Source: Candidatus Eiseniibacteriota bacterium (GTDB lineage Bacteria; Eisenbacteria; RBG-16-71-46; DASYSL01). From it: 64,000 nucleotides of DNA. Below, in pieces: positions 33,857 through 44,197 of the stretch. The stretch covers positions 1 through 64,000 of the forward strand of contig JANPEF010000045.1 in NCBI GenBank assembly GCA_031431875.1, in the 5' to 3' direction. Below the pieces are notes generated by a model, which made no database searches, was not told the DNA's origin, and saw only the letters and a list, made by a program, of their open reading frames with translations. Every line of letters begins with the position of its first letter. Position 1 is the first letter of the stretch. The position numbers and the translations under genes were made by a program.

Positions 33857-35290
33857 GTGAGATCCATCCTGCGCATGGGACTTTCGGTCGTGCTCGCGAC
33901 GGTATTCGCCGTCTCCACGGCCTGGGCCGTCGACTACGACGACATCTTCGAGTTCACCGAACGCAACGTCTCCGAGCGCACGATCGTGCAGCTCATCGTC
34001 GACGATGGCCGCGCCTTCGAGTTGAGCGAGGACGAGCTGGCTGACCTGCGCGCCGCCGGCGTGAGCCCGGTCGTGATCGACGCCATGCTCGACCCCGCGG
34101 TCGGCAAGGCCTGGCTGGCCGGCGAGACCGGTGGCGGGGCGACCTACGGCGGTGGCGGGGCCGACGGCTACCAGTCGTCGCTCGACCAGGCATACGGCAG
34201 CGGGTACAGCGCCGGCGTCAGCAGCACGGCGCTCGTCTACTCGTTCGGCTACTATTACGGACCGCTGTCGAACTACTACTACAACGATCCGTTCTACTAT
34301 CCGTTCTGGTCCGCGGGCTACGCGTACTCGTACTGGCCGTCGTACTACTCGTACTGGTGGCGCCCGTACTCCAGCTGCTACTACACCTATCCCTACAACT
34401 ACTACGGCTACTCGTCCTACTACTGCCACTCGTACTACGACCCGGGCTACTGGGCGTCCAACGGCTACAACGTGCAGCCGGGCTATGGCCGCACGGTGTG
34501 GGACAACGGCCCGCGCTTCCGCGGCGGCGGCATCGTTCCGCCCAAGGGCGGCCGGCCGGCTGGTTCGGGCTCGAGCGCGCGCCTGGTCACCGGCAGCGCC
34601 GGCCGCATGCGCAATCCGTCGGGGCCGCCCGCGATCCGCGAAGCCGAGAACGGCCGCACGGCGACCGATCGCAGCGCGCGTGTCGCGGATGGATCGAGCA
34701 GCGGGCGCAGCAGCAGCGGCCGCAGCGTCGCCTCCCCGGGAGCACGCACGCCGTCGGCGCGCTCGTCGAGTGCGCGCGTGATCCGGGGCTCCTCGAGCAA
34801 CGTGTCGGGTGAGACGAAGGCGAGCGCGCCGCGCAGCTCGACGCGCAGCTCCAATCGCAGCCCGGGCAGCGATCGCGTCGCGCGCTCCTCGCAGCCACGC
34901 ACCCTGCGCGAGAGCGCGGATCGTGTCGTGCGGGGCGGGCGGGGTTCATCGGCCAGTCGCGTCGTGCGTGGCGAGTCGTCCTCCGCGGCCCGGGTGTTCC
35001 GCGGCGGCCGCGAGAGCGGGCGCCTGTCCCAGACGCCGCACGCCACGGGCCGTTCGAACGGGCGCTCGTCGGTCGCGACGCCGCAGGCGCGCAGTGGCGG
35101 CAAGCCCGGTGGCAGTAGCGCACGCAGTGCCCCGAGCGGTGGCGGTGGCCGCAGCGCTCCGAGCGGCGGTGGCGGACAACACGGCGGTGGCGGTGGCCGC
35201 AGCGCTCCGAGTGGCGGTGGCGGGCACAGTGCCCCGAGTGGTGGCGATGGCAGCGTCCATGGTGGTGGCGGCGGCGGGCGCGGTCGCTGA
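33857..35290 (+). CDS. Secreted Tyr-rich protein with an Arg/Ser/Gly-rich disordered tail (paralogue 1)
   Basis: GAAAGG RBS and GTG start, signal peptide ending AWA, Tyr-dense central block, RSAPSGGGG repeats. Confidence 0.78.
   Translation: MRSILRMGLSVVLATVFAVSTAWAVDYDDIFEFTERNVSERTIVQLIVDDGRAFELSEDELADLRAAGVSPVVIDAMLDPAVGKAWLAGETGGGATYGGGGADGYQSSLDQAYGSGYSAGVSSTALVYSFGYYYGPLSNYYYNDPFYYPFWSAGYAYSYWPSYYSYWWRPYSSCYYTYPYNYYGYSSYYCHSYYDPGYWASNGYNVQPGYGRTVWDNGPRFRGGGIVPPKGGRPAGSGSSARLVTGSAGRMRNPSGPPAIREAENGRTATDRSARVADGSSSGRSSSGRSVASPGARTPSARSSSARVIRGSSSNVSGETKASAPRSSTRSSNRSPGSDRVARSSQPRTLRESADRVVRGGRGSSASRVVRGESSSAARVFRGGRESGRLSQTPHATGRSNGRSSVATPQARSGGKPGGSSARSAPSGGGGRSAPSGGGGQHGGGGGRSAPSGGGGHSAPSGGDGSVHGGGGGGRGR
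35123..35280 (+). repeat. Imperfect 27-nt coding tandem repeats (RSAPSGGGG-like)
   Basis: Four CGCAG(C/T)GC(C/T)CCGAG(C/T)GG-type units interspersed with Gly runs. Confidence 0.75.
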
Positions 35291-35348
35291 CGCGCCCCTT
35301 CCTGGGAAGGCCGCCGACACGGGGCCCGGTCACGGAAAGGCGGACAAG

Positions 35349-36686
35349 GTGAGATCCATCCTGCGCATGGGGCTCTCGGTCGTGGTCGCCACCGTCCTCG
35401 CCGCTTCGGCGGCCTGGGCGGTCGATTACGGCGACATCATTGAACTCACGGCACGAAACGTCCACGAGCGCACGCTCGTGCAGCTCATCGTCGATGACGG
35501 CCGCGCCTTCGAGCTGAGCGCCGTGGAGATCGTCGAGCTGCGCGTCGCCGGCGTCAGCGAGCGCGTCATCGACGCGATGATCGACCCCGCGGCCGGCGAG
35601 GCGTGGCTTGCCGGCGACGTCTACGAACGCGAGGACGGAGCGGACGGCGGCGAGACCGGCAATGGCGACCGCTCGTCGCTCGATCAGGACTACGGCCAGG
35701 GTGAGGGTGGCGGCGACGGCAGCACGCCCCTGGTCTTCTCCTTCGGCTACTACTACGGACCGCTCTCGCGCTACTACTACGACGACCCGTACTACTTCCC
35801 GTTCTGGTCTGCGGGCCACGCGTACTCGTACTGGCCGTCGTACTACGCTTATGGTTGGCGCCCCGCGTACGACGAGTACTACGAGTATCCGTACAACTGG
35901 TACGAGTACTCGTCGTACTACTGCCACACGTACTACGACCCGGCCTACTGGAGCGAGATCGGCTACACGGTGCAGCCAGGCTACGGGCCCACGGTGTGGG
36001 ACCACGGTCCGCGCTTCCGCGGTGGCGGCATCGTCCCGCCCAAGGGCGGCCGGCCGGATGCCGTGTCCGGCGAGCGTCTGGCCGTGGGCAGCGCCGGCCG
36101 GGTGCGTAATCCCGCCGGTCCGCCCGCGATTCACGAGTCCGAGAACGCACGCACGCTGGCCGATCGGGCCGCGCGCAGCGTCCCGGCTTCGCGGGAGATC
36201 CGCGGCACCGAGGCTCCGGCGTCGTGGCCGCTCGTCATCCCGGGTGCAACGGCAAGCGTCACACGACCCGGCATCGCCGTCCGCGGTGGCACCAAGGTAA
36301 GCGCCGCCGCGGATCGGCGGGTCCGCGCGGCGGCGGCCCGGGAACTGCGCGCCGCCCGCGAGCGAGCGAACGCAAAGAACGTGGCGGATGCGACGAGGTG
36401 GGCCCGGTCGTTCGGCGAGCAGCACGCAGCGTCCATGGTCCAGGAGAACGAGCGCTGGGTCCAGGAATGGCAGCGCCAGGTCAACGAAACCTACTCTCAG
36501 CCGGCCGAGGGGCCTGCACGGTCGCGCGATGCCGCGGCGGCTCCCCCGCCTCCTCCCGCAGCTCCCCCGGCCCGCGCAGAGCAGCCTCGCACCGAGCGGG
36601 CCCCGGCGCCGGACCGCGGAAGTGCGGTCGGTCGGCCGGAAGCCGTCGACGATGCCCCCGCGACCCGGAGTCGCGGCGGTCGCTGA
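35349..36686 (+). CDS. Secreted Tyr-rich protein (paralogue 2)
   Basis: N-terminal half closely matches paralogue 1 (RSILRMGLSVV, QLIVDDGRAFELS, GPRFRGGGIVPPKGGRP); C-terminal half differs. Confidence 0.78.
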   Translation: MRSILRMGLSVVVATVLAASAAWAVDYGDIIELTARNVHERTLVQLIVDDGRAFELSAVEIVELRVAGVSERVIDAMIDPAAGEAWLAGDVYEREDGADGGETGNGDRSSLDQDYGQGEGGGDGSTPLVFSFGYYYGPLSRYYYDDPYYFPFWSAGHAYSYWPSYYAYGWRPAYDEYYEYPYNWYEYSSYYCHTYYDPAYWSEIGYTVQPGYGPTVWDHGPRFRGGGIVPPKGGRPDAVSGERLAVGSAGRVRNPAGPPAIHESENARTLADRAARSVPASREIRGTEAPASWPLVIPGATASVTRPGIAVRGGTKVSAAADRRVRAAAARELRAARERANAKNVADATRWARSFGEQHAASMVQENERWVQEWQRQVNETYSQPAEGPARSRDAAAAPPPPPAAPPARAEQPRTERAPAPDRGSAVGRPEAVDDAPATRSRGGR

Positions 36687-36713
36687 CGCGCACGATCGTT
36701 CGTGCGATGATCC

Positions 36714-36750
36714 GGGGGGCTCGCTCGAGCGGGCCCCCCGTTCTCGTTTC
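36714..36750 (+). terminator. Intrinsic terminator
   Basis: GGGGGGCTCGC-TCGA-GCGGGCCCCCC followed by GTTCTCGTTT. Confidence 0.65.
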
Positions 36751-36773
36751 GGCTCGGATGCAGGAGGACGACG

Positions 36774-37394
36774 TTGAACCTGACGCAGGTCGACTTCTCG
36801 AACTACTGGGTGATGATCACCTACGCGGCCGCCGGCATCGCGCTGGCCGCCACCGCGGGCATGCGTGCGTTCCTGCCGCTGCTCGTCCTGGGCATCGCCG
36901 CGCGGATGGGCCGCTTCGAGATCGGCGCGGGCTACCACTGGCTGTCGACGGACATGGCGCTGATCACCTTCGGCATCGCCGTCGTCGCCGAGACGCTGGC
37001 CGACAAGATCCCGCTGGTCGACCACGCGCTCGACACCGTGCAGACCATCGTCAAGCCCGCGGTGGGCACGATCGTCGCCGCGGCGATGTTCGTGCAGCTG
37101 TCGCCGTTCCACGCCACGCTGCTCGGCCTCGCGGTCGGCGGAACCGTGGCCACGGGCGTGCACCTGGCCAAGGCCAAGGCGCGCGCGCTGTCGACGCTGA
37201 CCACGGGGACGATGCTCAACCCGATCCTGTCGTTCATCGAGGACGTGGTCTCGACCGTGATCGCCGTCGTCGCCGTGCTGGCGCCGGTCCTCGCGTTGCT
37301 GTTCATCGCGGCGATCTTCGGTTTTGCGTTCGATCGACTGCACAAGCGCTACATCGCGGGCCCGCCGGCCTCGCCGCCCCCACGGCCGGTGTGA
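36774..37394 (+). CDS. DUF4126-family membrane protein
   Basis: LAATAGMRAFLPLL, ADKIPLVDHALD, NPILSFIED. Confidence 0.82.
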   Translation: MNLTQVDFSNYWVMITYAAAGIALAATAGMRAFLPLLVLGIAARMGRFEIGAGYHWLSTDMALITFGIAVVAETLADKIPLVDHALDTVQTIVKPAVGTIVAAAMFVQLSPFHATLLGLAVGGTVATGVHLAKAKARALSTLTTGTMLNPILSFIEDVVSTVIAVVAVLAPVLALLFIAAIFGFAFDRLHKRYIAGPPASPPPRPV

Positions 37395-38062
37395 GCCCGA
37401 TCCCGGGCGCTTCGAATTCGGCACGAGCCGCGGGTGTCGAGGCGACGAGCACCGCGTTGCTGGTCCTTGCCATCGTGGGATCCGGGATCATGGGCGAGCG
37501 ATTGGCCGCTGGGAACGCCGCGCTCGCCTTGCTCGCCAACGCCATCGCAACGGGCTGTGCACTGTTCGCGCTCATCACGGTTTTCGGCCCAGTTTCGGGT
37601 GCGCACATGAATCCGCTGGTCACCCTGCGCGAGGCCGTCGACCGCCGCCTCGGGTTCCTTGAAGCCGGGAGCCGCATTGTCGCCCAGGTCTTCGGCGGTG
37701 TCGTCGGTTGTGTCCTCGCCAACGTCCTCTTCGGCCTGCCGCCGATCACGGCGGCGACGACCGCGCGCGCCGGGATTCTCCTGTTCGCCAGCGAGGTTGT
37801 CGCAACCTTCGCCCTGGTGACGATCGTGGCCGGCATGGCGGGACGCCCGGCGCACGTCACGGGCGCGGTCATCGGCGCGTGGATCACGGGGGCGTACTGG
37901 TTCACCTCGTCCACGTCGTTCGCCAATCCAGCGGTCACCATCGCGCGCTCAGCGACCGACACCTTCACCGGCATCTGCCCGCACGACGTGCCCGGTTTTC
38001 TCCTCGCCCAGGGGGTCGGCGCCGCACTGGCGATCCCGCTCGCCCGGAGATGGTTTCGATGA
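37391..38062 (+). CDS. MIP/aquaporin-family channel of the ars-operon type
   Basis: IVGSGIM, SGAHMNPLVT, AYWFTSSTSFANPAVT; overlaps both neighbours. Confidence 0.88.
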   Translation: MSPIPGASNSARAAGVEATSTALLVLAIVGSGIMGERLAAGNAALALLANAIATGCALFALITVFGPVSGAHMNPLVTLREAVDRRLGFLEAGSRIVAQVFGGVVGCVLANVLFGLPPITAATTARAGILLFASEVVATFALVTIVAGMAGRPAHVTGAVIGAWITGAYWFTSSTSFANPAVTIARSATDTFTGICPHDVPGFLLAQGVGAALAIPLARRWFR

Positions 38063-38484
38063 CGATGGTCCTCTTCGCCTGCACGCACAACGCCGGACGC
38101 TCGCAGATGGCGGCCGCGTTCTTCACCGCGCTGGCCGACCGCGAGCATGTCCGGGCGATCTCTGCCGGAACCGCACCCGGCCCGCGCGTCCATCCGGTCG
38201 TCGCGGCGGCGATGCTCGAGGTCGGAATCGACCTGCGAACCGCCGAACCGCGGTTGCTCACGCCCGAGCTGGCCACGAGCGCATCGCTGCTGGTGACGAT
38301 GGGCTGCGGCGAGACGTGTCCGTACATCCCGGGACTCGAGGTCGAGGACTGGGCGCTGCCCGACCCGAAAGACCTCCCCCTCACCGAGGTCCGCGTCATT
38401 CGCGACACGATCCGCGATCGGGTTGCCGCCCTCGTCACGGCGCGCGGCTGGGCCCGTATCCCTCGCATGGAGGCCACGCCATGA
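38059..38484 (+). CDS. arsC: Arsenate reductase (LMW-PTPase fold)
   Basis: LFACTHNAGRSQMA P-loop, SAGT, TMGCGETCP, DWALPDP. Confidence 0.92.
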   Translation: MTMVLFACTHNAGRSQMAAAFFTALADREHVRAISAGTAPGPRVHPVVAAAMLEVGIDLRTAEPRLLTPELATSASLLVTMGCGETCPYIPGLEVEDWALPDPKDLPLTEVRVIRDTIRDRVAALVTARGWARIPRMEATP

Positions 38485-38816
38485 GCGACGTCCACTACTG
38501 CGCGCACGACCTGTCCCAGTTCGGCACCATCGGCGACCACGCCCCGGCGCTGGCCCAGAAGTTCTTCGCCTGGTACGACGCGGTGTTCGCCGAGGGCGCG
38601 CTGTCGGCGCGCGAGAAATCCATGATCGCGCTGGCGGTGGCGCACGCGGTGCAGTGCCCCTACTGCATCGAGGCCTACAGCAAGGACGCGCTGGCGAAGG
38701 GCGCCGACCTCGAGCAGATGACCGAGGCGGTGCACGTGTCGGCGGCGATCCGCGGGGGCGCCTCGCTGGTCCACGGCGTCCAGATGCGCCGCCACGCCGA
38801 CAAGCTCGCGCTCTGA
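38481..38816 (+). CDS. AhpD/CMD-like peroxidase-family protein of the type found beside arsS
   Basis: GALSAREKSMIALAVAHAVQCPYCI (CxxC), GASLVHGVQM. Confidence 0.85.
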   Translation: MSDVHYCAHDLSQFGTIGDHAPALAQKFFAWYDAVFAEGALSAREKSMIALAVAHAVQCPYCIEAYSKDALAKGADLEQMTEAVHVSAAIRGGASLVHGVQMRRHADKLAL

Positions 38817-38818
38817 GC

Positions 38819-39892
38819 GTGGCCGCTGTCGCGTCCCCGGCGCTGCGCTCGCTGCACGCGCGGCGCGCCCCCCTGGCCGCCGCCGCCGCGCAACGCGCCA
38901 CGCTCGCGGCCCTGCCGCTGCCGCGCACGTTCGCCCAGGCGCTGGCGACGCGCGGCCTCGCGCCGCTCAGGCCCACGCGCATCGAGATCTTCCAGGTCAA
39001 CGTCGGCAAGGTGTGCAACCAGGCCTGCCGGCATTGCCACGTCGACGCGGGGCCCGACCGCCGCGAGGCGATGAGCGCATCGACGATGGAGGAGTGCCTC
39101 GCCGCACTCGCGGCCACGGACATCCCCACGGTCGACATCACCGGCGGCGCGCCCGAGCTGTGGCCGCACTTCCGCCGGTTCGTCGAGCGCTGCCGCGGGC
39201 TCGGCCGGCACGTCATCGACCGCTGCAACCTGACCGTGCTCGAGACGGCCGCGCACCACGACCTGCCCGCGTTCTTCGCCCGGCACGAGGTCGAGGTCGT
39301 GTGCTCGCTGCCGCACTACCGCGCGCTCGCCACCGACCGGCAGCGCGGCGCCGGCGTCTACGAGCAGTCGATCGCGGCGCTCCGGCGGCTCAATGCGGTG
39401 GGCTACGGCGCGGGCGACCCGGCACGGCGGCTGGTGCTGGTGACCAATCCGGTGGGCGCGTTCCTGCCCGGCGCGCAGGCGGCGCTCGAGGTGGAGTGGA
39501 AGCGCGAGCTCGAGCGCGCGCACGGCGTGCGCTTCGATGCGCTGTACACGCTGGCGAACCTGCCGATCTCCCGCTTCCTCGAGTGGCTGGTCGACAGCGA
39601 TAACCTCGCCGGCTACATGGCGCAACTGGTCGCGGCCTACAACCCCGCGGCGGCGGCGGGCGTGATGTGCCGGAACACGATCTCGGTGGGCTGGGACGGA
39701 CGCCTGTTCGATTGCGACTTCAACCAGATGCTCGAGTTGGGCGTCGACGCCGCGCCGGGCGTGCCCGCGCACGTGCGCGACTTCGCGCGCAGCGCGCTCG
39801 AGGCGCGGACGATCGTGACGGGACCGCACTGCTTCGGCTGCACGGCGGGCGCCGGCTCGAGCTGCGGCGGTGCGACGACCCCGGTGGGTTAG
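38819..39892 (+). CDS. arsS: Radical SAM protein, ArsS (arsenosugar biosynthesis) family
   Basis: QVNVGKVCNQACRHCHVDAGP, DITGGAPE, QRG.GV, MCR..SVGWDG..DCDFNQML, Cys-rich end HCFGCTAGAGSSCGG. Confidence 0.88.
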   Translation: MAAVASPALRSLHARRAPLAAAAAQRATLAALPLPRTFAQALATRGLAPLRPTRIEIFQVNVGKVCNQACRHCHVDAGPDRREAMSASTMEECLAALAATDIPTVDITGGAPELWPHFRRFVERCRGLGRHVIDRCNLTVLETAAHHDLPAFFARHEVEVVCSLPHYRALATDRQRGAGVYEQSIAALRRLNAVGYGAGDPARRLVLVTNPVGAFLPGAQAALEVEWKRELERAHGVRFDALYTLANLPISRFLEWLVDSDNLAGYMAQLVAAYNPAAAAGVMCRNTISVGWDGRLFDCDFNQMLELGVDAAPGVPAHVRDFARSALEARTIVTGPHCFGCTAGAGSSCGGATTPVG

Positions 39893-40827
39893 GGCGTCGC
39901 GGGAGCCTCGGCCCGCGCGGCCCTGGCGGTGGCCTCCGCCGTGCGCCGGTGTTCCTCCTCCATCATGCCGGTGAGGGCGAGGTAGAGCAGGACGTTGAGG
40001 ATCACGCCGTTGATCGCCCAGAACTGCGCGGTGTAGAAGTGCCCCACCTGCACGACCAGCAACGAGACCGCGAGGGAGCGCTGGAACCAGCGGTACGCGG
40101 CGATCCGCGAGCGACGAAAGCGGATCCAGCCCAGCCAGACCATCCCCGCCTCGACGACCGTCCCCGCCGCCTGCACCCACGACACCCCGAGGTCGCGCGT
40201 GCGCACGTCGGCCACGACCGCCGCGACGGACGCCAGGTTGACCACCGCGAGCAGCAGGAACCAGCCCGAGAGCACGCGCGCGAATCCGCGACGACGGACG
40301 AGGCGGCGGTAGCCCTGGGCGATCGCGGCGCGGGCGGCCAGGTACGACTGGGTGATCGCGCCGGCGCCGGCGGCAGGTGGGACCAGCAGCGCGCGGAGCG
40401 CCGTGTTCACCCCCTGTTCGCGGACATCGAGCGGCAGGCTCGTCCGCAGCCAGCGCGCGAATCCCCACAGCCCCAGGAACAGCACGTAGAGAATGGCCGC
40501 GGTCGGCTTGAAGAAGTAGTCGTTGTCGTTGGTGATGAATTTTCCCAACTCGTCGATGAAGAAGCCGAAACCGATTCCTGCGATCACCGCGGCGAGGCGG
40601 CGCATCGCCGGGTTCCAGAACACGAGCAGAAGCGTGATCGCCGCGAGCATGAACAGGCCGCCCCACAGCATGTGGGCGATGTGCAGGTTGCCGCCGCCGA
40701 TCTGCGGGTAGCCCGTGAGGTGGAGCACGGCGCGAATGCCCAGCACCGTGGCGACGGCGAAGAAGAGAAGGAGCTCGAAGGCCTCGTCGCCCTCGCTGTC
40801 GCGAACCAGGTCGAGGGCGCGCGCCAT
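39889..40827 (-). CDS. Hypothetical multi-pass membrane protein
   Basis: TGYPQIGGGNLHIAHMLWGG, GFGFFIDELGKFIT; several TMs. Confidence 0.78.
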   Translation of the reverse strand: MARALDLVRDSEGDEAFELLLFFAVATVLGIRAVLHLTGYPQIGGGNLHIAHMLWGGLFMLAAITLLLVFWNPAMRRLAAVIAGIGFGFFIDELGKFITNDNDYFFKPTAAILYVLFLGLWGFARWLRTSLPLDVREQGVNTALRALLVPPAAGAGAITQSYLAARAAIAQGYRRLVRRRGFARVLSGWFLLLAVVNLASVAAVVADVRTRDLGVSWVQAAGTVVEAGMVWLGWIRFRRSRIAAYRWFQRSLAVSLLVVQVGHFYTAQFWAINGVILNVLLYLALTGMMEEEHRRTAEATARAARAEAPATP

Positions 40828-41222
40828 CAGCTCGTGCGGTCGGGCCCGCCCGTTTCGCTCGCCAGCCAGGCTTCGGCCTCGGCCAGCTCGCGGAACGCCT
40901 CGATGCGGATGCCGATCAGGCCGGTGAGGCCGGAGATCGTCCGCGCGATTCCATAGCGCAGCAGGTCGGGAACGAGGATGGCGATCGGCCCGACGTACGA
41001 CGCCTTGAGTTCGTCGAACCCGTTGCGCATGACGATCAGGTCCTCGAAGCTGGCGACGTACTCGAGCTCGCGCATGTCGGCGAGGATGCCGAACGTCGGA
41101 TCGTTGGTGGGCTCGGCGGCGAGCCGGCGCATGGTCTCCATCGTCTCGCCGATGTCGGGCGAGCCGATCCCGCACACGATGACGCGGCGGCGCTCCGGCT
41201 GGATGTCGATGGTGTACGGCAT
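40827..41222 (-). CDS. Hypothetical protein, STAS/SpoIIAA-like
   Basis: 131 aa; L.DMR, IAILV, YGIAR and F.E..EA.AWL ending; translationally coupled. Confidence 0.62.
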   Translation of the reverse strand: MPYTIDIQPERRRVIVCGIGSPDIGETMETMRRLAAEPTNDPTFGILADMRELEYVASFEDLIVMRNGFDELKASYVGPIAILVPDLLRYGIARTISGLTGLIGIRIEAFRELAEAEAWLASETGGPDRTS

Positions 41223-41838
41223 CAGTGGAACATCCCCCTCACCCGGGCGTGGTTGGCGCGCAGCGCGCGCACTTCCTGTGGTGTCACCGCGATGAGCACG
41301 CCATTGACGCTCTTGCGCGCGGCGAGGACGTCGCCGGCGCCGTCGAACATCACCTCGACCGCGAGCGTGTCATTGCCGGCTGCCGGAGCATCGGTGCGCG
41401 CGCGGACGGAGTTTTCGCGGACCAGCGCCAGGTCGGCGTTGCGGGGCCGCGTGTGATCGAGGTAATAGACACGCTCGGCGCGGCCGTGATCGCCCTGGTC
41501 CAGGGACTCATCGATGCGCAGCGGGCGCACGAGCGAGTCGCCGAACGCCAGCCCGCCGCGCCCCAGCTCGTAGACGCGCGCCGAGGTGACCGCGTCGCCA
41601 TGCGTTCCCTGCACCGTCCACTGGGCGGCGCGGCCGGCGATGCGGCCGTCGATCGAGTCGGCCCGCGCCGCCCACGGCACGGCGGCCAGGGTCGAGGCGA
41701 GCACTCGCGTGTCGTCCTGGCGGCGGCGCGCGAGATCGCGCTCGCTACGGCGGCGGGCCGTGTCCGCGACGGCGTAGACGATGCTGGTCACCAGGGCGGG
41801 AATTGCGACGAGCCAGAACACGAGACGCGCCTTCCGCA

Positions 41839-41839
<1 letters not shown>
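41222..41839 (-). CDS. Hypothetical membrane-anchored protein
   Basis: N-terminal TM; 1-nt overlaps with both neighbours. Confidence 0.6.
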
Positions 41840-43140
<1,301 letters not shown>

Positions 43141-43339
43141 GTGGTCAGCATCGCCCTGCGGGGGCCGGGCGTCAACGGCGTGTCGCAGACGTGTCGCAGG
43201 CGGGGGCACCGGAGGTCCGCCGCCCGCCTTGCCCGTGAGGGCGTCGCAGGCTAGACTGCGGCTGTCCGGCGGGTCCTGGCCCGCCCCCTCGAACCCTGCC
43301 CCGTACGCCTGTTTTCGCGTCCGCTCTCACGGAGGAAGC

Positions 43340-44194
43340 TTGTCCCTCGAACGGATCTCCGTGCTCGGGGCCGGCATCATGGGCCGCGGCATCGCCTATG
43401 CCGCCGCCGTCGCCGGCTACGACACCACGCTCTACGACGCGTCCCCCGCCGCCCTCGAGACGGGTGCGGCCGAGATCAAGGCGCTGATGGACAAGGGCGT
43501 CGCCGCGGGCAAGCTGGCCGCCGACGTGCGCGGCCGCGTCCGGCTCGCCACGCACGCCGGGCTGTCCGAGGCGGCGGACGGCGCGGGCCTGGTGATCGAG
43601 GCGATCCCCGAGAACATGAAGCTCAAGTGCGACACGTTCGCCAGACTCGACGCGCTCACGGGGCCGGCGACGATCCTCGCCACCAACACCTCGTCGCTGT
43701 CGATCACCGAGATGGCCGGCGCGACGAAGCGGCCGGATCGCGTCGTCGGCATGCACTTCTTCAACCCGGTGCATCGCATGCGGCTGCTCGAGGTCGTGCG
43801 CGGGCTCGAGACGTCGGAGGCCACGATCGAGGCCGCGAGCGTCGTCGGCATGCGCATGGGCAAGGAGTGTGTCGTCGTGCGCGAGGCGCCCGGGTTCGTC
43901 ACCACGCGCGTCAACGCGCTGATCGGCAACGAGGCGTTCCGCATGCTCGAGGAGGGCGTGGCCACCGCGCCCGACATCGACAAGGCGCTGAAGCTGGGAC
44001 TCAATCACCCGATGGGGCCGTTCGAGCTGGTCGACCTGGTCGGCCTCGACACGCGGCTGTCGATCCTCACGTTCCTGCACGAGACGCTGGGCGAGCGCTA
44101 CCGCCCGAACAACCTCATGGTGCAGTACGTCAAGGCCGGGCGCCTGGGGCGCAAGACCGGCAAGGGCGTCTACGAATACGGCGAAGGAGCCTAG
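43340..44194 (+). CDS. 3-hydroxyacyl-CoA dehydrogenase
   Basis: GAGIMG, EAIPE, TNTSSLSI, GMHFFNP, PMGPF..DLVGLD; GGAGG RBS and TTG start. Confidence 0.93.
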   Translation: MSLERISVLGAGIMGRGIAYAAAVAGYDTTLYDASPAALETGAAEIKALMDKGVAAGKLAADVRGRVRLATHAGLSEAADGAGLVIEAIPENMKLKCDTFARLDALTGPATILATNTSSLSITEMAGATKRPDRVVGMHFFNPVHRMRLLEVVRGLETSEATIEAASVVGMRMGKECVVVREAPGFVTTRVNALIGNEAFRMLEEGVATAPDIDKALKLGLNHPMGPFELVDLVGLDTRLSILTFLHETLGERYRPNNLMVQYVKAGRLGRKTGKGVYEYGEGA

Positions 44195-44197
44195 AGC

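Noticed and set aside
35123..35280. CRISPR-like repeat array
   Set aside because: Repeats are in-frame coding units without unique spacers, and there are no cas genes
38819..39892. Selenocysteine recoding in ArsS
   Set aside because: No in-frame TGA; the C-terminal motif is the Cys form (SSCGG)
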